A DNA stretch of 63,927 nt, filler included, from Licmophora abbreviata (lineage: Eukaryota): NCBI GenBank assembly GCA_900291995.1. It is 8 parts of 8 records of this genome, joined end to end, with 100 filler letters (N's around TTAATTAATTAA, not from the genome) between each part and the next. Parts side by side here need not be neighbours in the genome. Positions count along the whole stretch, not along the records: positions 56,549 to 61,646 come from OLMU01003300.1; positions 61,747 to 62,762 come from OLMU01003303.1; positions 62,863 to 63,927 come from OLMU01003311.1; 5 more parts are not named here. The stretch is one strand, 5' to 3'. The notes beneath the pieces were generated by a model. It was not told the origin of the DNA, ran no database searches, and saw nothing but the letters and a program-made list of their open reading frames with translations. Below, piece by piece: positions 58,652-63,927 of the stretch (within the stretch, counting starts at the first letter, position 1; each line of letters starts with the position of its first letter). Made by a program: the position numbers and the translations under genes.

Positions 58652-59338
58652 GGCGCTGTTACTTCGACGAACAAGTTCAGAAATTGTCAGTTTTGCCCAC
58701 GCCAAATTCGACTTTCCGGACCTAAGGAACCAACAGAGTCCCTCTCTGTGACGAAACCTAACAATCCAGAATACACTACTACGTCTAGAAGAGGCACACG
58801 AATGAGACCAAGCTAGAGTAAAGCGAAGACTGAGGTTGAACTCCCAACAATGCCCGATCCTAACAAGAAGAACGCAGCGCGCGCGCCCAAATCGACACGT
58901 AGAAATCTGGTACACTTCCACGCAGAATCTCCAGCGAGAATCTCCTTTCGAGAATTTCAGAACAAAAAAGCATCAAGGTTCGATGACATCATAGATCCGG
59001 GTTTCTGCAACTTTTCTGTCTGTCCGTCCGTCCTTCGCGCCAAGTTAGTTTAGGGAGGACGGGCTTGCTTCCAAATAGATCTTTTGGACAAATGAATATA
59101 TTCAGGTGTTACTTGTAGAAAAGGGAGCATATTTAACGCCACAGATTTCTGAACGCATGCAACGCCAATGAAATCTATGTAAAGTATAAAAGACTTAATG
59201 TAAGAATACAACGCCAGCATACGCTGCACATAATCGCAAAGCTCGCTCATGAAGTCTCGTCGCGGCAGCAAACACACAGCATTCGCCATCTCATCCAGAT
59301 GATATCATACAGTGGCTAAGCGTCGACAAGATCCGTCG

Positions 59339-61309
59339 ATGACCATGAAAATGCTCCGCACGTCGCTTTTGGGAAGCCTGTTACTGACCGGGAGTGTCGT
59401 GCTGGTCGCAGGAGAGGCTGGCCGCTCGGAACAACGCGAAATCCTCCCGAATGGCGCTTCTGTCTTGTCTTCCTTCTCGGACCTCTTTGCCACCGCGTTT
59501 CGCGCGACGTCCAATGCTCCTCCTTTCAATGCGACCGCTTTAAACGAAAAAAGAAAGAACAGAGGATTGTCTAAAGAAGAACTCAAAAAGGAAAAGCAAG
59601 AGCGTTACCAGCGTACGAAAGAACGCCGCGCCAATGCTCGTCGCAAACTACAGTCCCTGCCTCCTCCAGATCCAGAAGACATGCAGCGACTCACCCAGGA
59701 ACAGCTCGAAAATGCAAAGGAACAGCACCCCATGGTTCGACGCATGGGGTGGTTCAGTGGCAATGGTGATTATACGGCCTATGGAGACGGAGACTTCTTG
59801 GCTTCTTCTGGAGACGAATATGACAAGTGGGCGCAGGCCTATCGTATGCTCGGTGGATACATTGACTGTGATCATAGTAAGGATGAGGGAGGAGGTTCCC
59901 ATGATTCTAGTGATAACAATGGAGGAAACGAGAACGACTCTTGTTCTCGTTGGATGCTTTGGGCGGCGGTGAGTACGGACTGGAAAGATACCAGTGGAGG
60001 AGTCGTTTGCTCCAAACGATCGTTGTCCGCTGTCCATTCATTTCCGATTCACTCACTCCTATCTCTGCACACTTTGTAACTCACGCCTCTTCCGTAACTG
60101 TAGTACGTCAATGAGGACTACCAAGGAAACGAGTACGATGAATACTTTGGTGACGAACCCACCAGCTCCCTTGACTGTCACAGTCCTGCTCCCGCCACCA
60201 ACTGGAAACTACTGGGTGTCTACCGACAAGAGTTCTACCAGTACATTGAGCAAATCTCCAAGCATCTCTGGGCCATTGACGATTACGAGTACGTGGTCGC
60301 CCTCGCTGGCCTCTCCTTCATGACGGACAGCGACTGCTTTGCGACTGGAAGCTACGATAGCAGTGGTAATACTATTTATGCCGGTGTCGCTCCCCAGCCC
60401 TACGGAGGATTCCAAATGGCTCTCTACACGGACACGGCCTGCTTGTATCCGGCCGACAGCAGTCTCGGAATGACCTTTGACGATTTTGGAATGACGACTG
60501 ACATCGATCTTGGTTCCAAGGACTCCTCGCATGGAGACGACGATGGGGCTTACTCCAACGAAGAAGATACGTGGTACGCTACCCAAGAGTACACTCTTAC
60601 CGAATTGAACGAGGTGTACGATTCCTTCCGCTACTGTACTACGTGTATGGACTTCCCCACCTACCAGGATGGCTACTTTATTGGAGACGATGGTACTGAC
60701 GATGATGACCTCATCAATCAGTGTTGGAAGTTTTGGTCGCACGACTCGTTCTACTGCGGCGCCGACTGTTTGACCAAGGCACACGCGCAAGGAACCATTC
60801 TCGGTGTCGAGTACAATGGCGTTGTTTTCGGCTCCACGCCGGACGCCTTTTACACATACAAGAACACGGGCAATAAAGAAGCTGCTTCTTCGAAAGGAGA
60901 AAGCCGGTGGTCACGACTGGCAGCCAATGCCTTTTTGACCCTGAGCTTCTTGGTATTTGTGGCAACCTTCCTTGCCTTTGCAGTCGCCCGGCGTTCCCGT
61001 CAACGCGAACGTCGCAGCGGCAAGAGTCGTCGTTTGTTGGATGATACTCGCAGCAGTAGCAAGCGTCGTAGTAGATCTGTGAAGCACGGCGAAGGCGATG
61101 GGATCTTTCGGAGCAAGTCGTTGGAACGCAAAAAGGCCAGCGGTAGCGTACGCTCCAAGAGCAAGTCTCGCAGCGGCAGCGTTCGTCGCAGCAGTAGCAG
61201 CAGACGTGCGACGGAGGACGGATACGAGCCGCCGCGATCGAGTTCTCGGACCAAGGGCAGTTCGTCTCGCAAGGGGAGCAGCAGTCGTCGACGTGAGGAC
61301 GAAAAATAG
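59339..61309 (+). CDS. Type I membrane protein, 611 aa: signal peptide, basic pro-region, acidic Cys/Tyr-rich luminal domain, TM and R/S/K-rich tail; intron 59969-60103
   Basis: A GTGAGT...TGTAG intron joins WMLWAA|YVNEDY in frame. TM FLTLSFLVFVATFLAFAVA. Confidence 0.82.
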
Positions 61310-61646
61310 GATAGGAGTGGAGCGCATCGTGTTGTGGTGTTGCTTTCTTGGCTGAATGGAACGAGTCACTGGCAGAGCATATAGATAGGCGAGGGAGGAC
61401 GTGTCTTGTGAATATCTATGATATCAAATTCTACACTGTAGTCGGTCACGCTTCTCGTCTTGATGAGCAGGTGCGGCTCGGTGACAGACGGAAGCCGTAA
61501 AGGACGACCCGCTCCTCGTAGAGATTATGTATAACAAAAGAGAACCAGTAACGTGCCGGTATCATCCGATATTTCGTTACTACGACGCATCACCAGACCT
61601 TCCGCGTCCTCTTCCTCTACCCCCACCACGTCCACCCCCACGGCCT

Positions 61647-61746
61647 NNNNNNNNNNNNNNNNNNNNNNNNNNNNNNNNNNNNNNNNNNNNTTAATTAATT
61701 AANNNNNNNNNNNNNNNNNNNNNNNNNNNNNNNNNNNNNNNNNNNN
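61647..61746. other. Assembly gap spacer
   Basis: N44-TTAATTAATTAA-N44. Confidence 0.98.
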
Positions 61747-61748
61747 CT

Positions 61749-62579
61749 TCATCTTCCTTCGAACCTTACCAGTTGAATGGTGGGCTCGTCGCAGCCGTCG
61801 CAGGAAGCGACTTTTGTGTCGTGGCCTCAGACACTCGTCTCATGGATGGCGGGTACGAGATATATACACGGCGCCACCTGACCAGTCGTCTATGGGGTGT
61901 CAACGGTGATAACGACGAGTGGTTGGAACCAGATGGCTCTTTGAGATTGCCCAGCAGCGAGAAAAGTTCTGATCGAGAGGGTACAGAAACGTCGATCGTT
62001 CGGCCGCCGGTCTTTGTCGCGTCAGCCGGATGCTCGGCCGACTGTGAAGCGCTCAAGCGGTTGGTCCGACTGGAAGCACGAGCCTCGCGCTACTGGAATA
62101 CGGACTTGCAGGTTGCCAATATTGCTTCGTTAGTCAGTCAAGTGCTGTATCAGCGGCGAGGCTTTCCCTACTATGCCTTTTGTGTCGTGGCGGGGCTGAG
62201 TAACTCCGGCAATCGAGGTGGAGCGACGTTCGTCTATGATGCTATCGGATCTTTTGAACAAGTTGCCGTGGCCACGGCAGGAACTGGACGTGAATTGCTC
62301 CAGCCCACTCTTGATCGTCTCTTTTCGAGTAGACGTACAGAAAACGAAGATGCTTCGAGCACTTCTTCTACAGGTAGCACGTTGACGACTATGCCTCCGG
62401 TGGTCCAGACCCAGGTCGACTGTTCGGTGGATGAAACTGTGTCGCGTCTTGTTCGAGGGTATCGATCCGTCTCGGAACGAGATATTGGAGTGGGCGATAG
62501 CGTCGTTCTCTGTATAATTCAGCGAAAAGACGATGACTGCATGTGCCGAGTCTTGTCTGTTCCTCTCAAACAGCACTAG
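61749..62579 (+). CDS. PSMB1: 20S proteasome beta-6 subunit (PSMB1/PRE7-like); 5' end in or before the gap (possible ATG at 61527)
   Basis: FEPYQLNGGLVAAVAGSDFCVVASDTR, LYQRRGFPYY, YDAIGS, LLQPTLD and SERDIGVGD. Confidence 0.82.
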   Translation, partial: SSSFEPYQLNGGLVAAVAGSDFCVVASDTRLMDGGYEIYTRRHLTSRLWGVNGDNDEWLEPDGSLRLPSSEKSSDREGTETSIVRPPVFVASAGCSADCEALKRLVRLEARASRYWNTDLQVANIASLVSQVLYQRRGFPYYAFCVVAGLSNSGNRGGATFVYDAIGSFEQVAVATAGTGRELLQPTLDRLFSSRRTENEDASSTSSTGSTLTTMPPVVQTQVDCSVDETVSRLVRGYRSVSERDIGVGDSVVLCIIQRKDDDCMCRVLSVPLKQH

Positions 62580-62677
62580 CTAAAGTCTAAGTAGCAAACG
62601 GAAGACACTACATGTGCATTTCGGTACTGTACACTATCAAAGATTATCTATCAACCGCACATCGCTCGATTGCTAAG

Positions 62678-63927
62678 TCACGACTTGGGCTGCATGTTGG
62701 CAAGCTCGTTCTCGGCGAGTGCCAACAAGAAGGGACTCAGGCTTTTCACCTGTGCACCGTTTNNNNNNNNNNNNNNNNNNNNNNNNNNNNNNNNNNNNNN
62801 NNNNNNTTAATTAATTAANNNNNNNNNNNNNNNNNNNNNNNNNNNNNNNNNNNNNNNNNNNNCATTGTATGCTGACTAAGGCCAAGGGACACCCTCTCGC
62901 GTACAGGTTGAAGCTTCATAATCCTGCTGCATGATCATAATCACGTCGAGTCAATTTTCCCACTTAAAGTAATATCTTAAGCGAACAGTCTGTTCTTCGA
63001 TCCGCCAATTTATTTACGTCCGACTCCACCTGCTTGAAACTGATCTCAGCAGACTGAATACTTTAAGTCTGCAAAATACACTTTGCTCCCTTGGTCGCTC
63101 GTGCTCTTGCTCGCTGCTTTCCTCAGTAGTACCGGGTGTACAAGACATCAGCAGTGTCATTATTTCATGCAACATAGTTTCAAGCGCATCAGCAAACTTC
63201 ACTTGCGCAGACGTCAAAGGACCAGGCTCAACCAGCGATTCCGCCTCTTCGATACGACTTGCGTCCCCGCGGAGTGCGTCGGTCGCGTCTTGTCCGTAAT
63301 ATTCCTGCAGATGCTGCAAGTTCTCAACAAGACTGTTCAGATGGTGCGCCTGATCTTTCGAAGTACACGCTAGTATTGCATTTCGGTACGTCGCCAGGCT
63401 CTCCAATACTGTCGCCTCTTGGAGCTGCCTACAAGCTTCAATGACCAGAGTCGGAACATGGGCTGGCCCGGCTCTGCCGGCAAGAAGGTAAAACAGTCTC
63501 GTCGAAGCTTCTCGTTGAGAAGAGCTACCAGACCTCCACAAGATGAATCGCACCAGAAATGCAGCATCGCAGATGTCATTCAATTTGTCCATTCCATCGT
63601 CTCGACAACAGTCATCGAGTGAGGCAAAGAGTCGCCGAAAAATAGTGACAAAGACAGGTCGAGCTTCTTCTAGGACAACAATAGCGGGTGGACCGTCATC
63701 CAGCACCATTGTGGCCAACGATCGAAGTCGAAATGCCTTCTGCAAAGCAAGTATACAATCTGGGAGCACCTCTGCATCCAGGGCCAGGATTGGATTCAGA
63801 GTGAGGAGCTCTACGACTTTCCGCACCAAGCCGCGTTCTTGTTCAACGTTTCCGATTATGCAATGGCGATGCATGACCTTCAGTTCTCGATAAAAGTCCT
63901 TGTATTCTCGAAAGACATGCACCACTG
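62678..63927 (-). CDS. Hypothetical helical protein, partial; probably continues through an intron and the gap to a stop at 62678
   Basis: Open frame 63014-63925. A possible phase-2 splice leads to ..RIMKLQPVRE.., and a plausible C-terminus ..NELANMQPKS* follows the gap. Confidence 0.55.
62763..62862. other. Assembly gap spacer
   Basis: N44-TTAATTAATTAA-N44. Confidence 0.98.

Overview
Gene-dense eukaryotic scaffold segment of about 50% GC with short GT-AG introns, very likely from a diatom and probably a pennate. The evidence is bipartite signal+F/W plastid presequences, RXL pro-peptide motifs, a Pseudo-nitzschia-like ferritin and a monomeric IDH. Seven 100-bp assembly spacers (N44-TTAATTAATTAA-N44) interrupt the window, and at least one lies inside a gene (SEC12), so they mark scaffold gaps. 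About 33 protein-coding genes can be modelled. Recognisable ones are SPT6, a CDF metal transporter, two 2OG-Fe(II) oxygenases, DECR2, homocysteine S-methyltransferase, a CCX/NCLX exchanger, kinesin-7, GPN2, a MAK-like kinase with a +1 frameshift, two TM-RING-H2 ligases, a class I glutamine amidotransferase, a divergent TPT-family transporter, monomeric IDH, DNA pol eta, ferritin, SEC12, an HNH nuclease and proteasome beta-6. The most unusual items only appear after splicing: a 1686-aa PDZ-RGS-DENN protein, a 1551-aa F-box/MSP-like/multi-TM protein and a plastid-targeted HNH nuclease with an alphaproteobacterial-like signature. Also notable are a ferritin with a mitochondrial-type presequence, a methyltransferase-fold protein with a thylakoid-lumen-type presequence, and RXL-type secreted or membrane proteins that are cell-wall candidates. 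No rRNA, tRNA, CRISPR or transposon was recognised. All domain calls come from motif recognition by eye; no database search was run.
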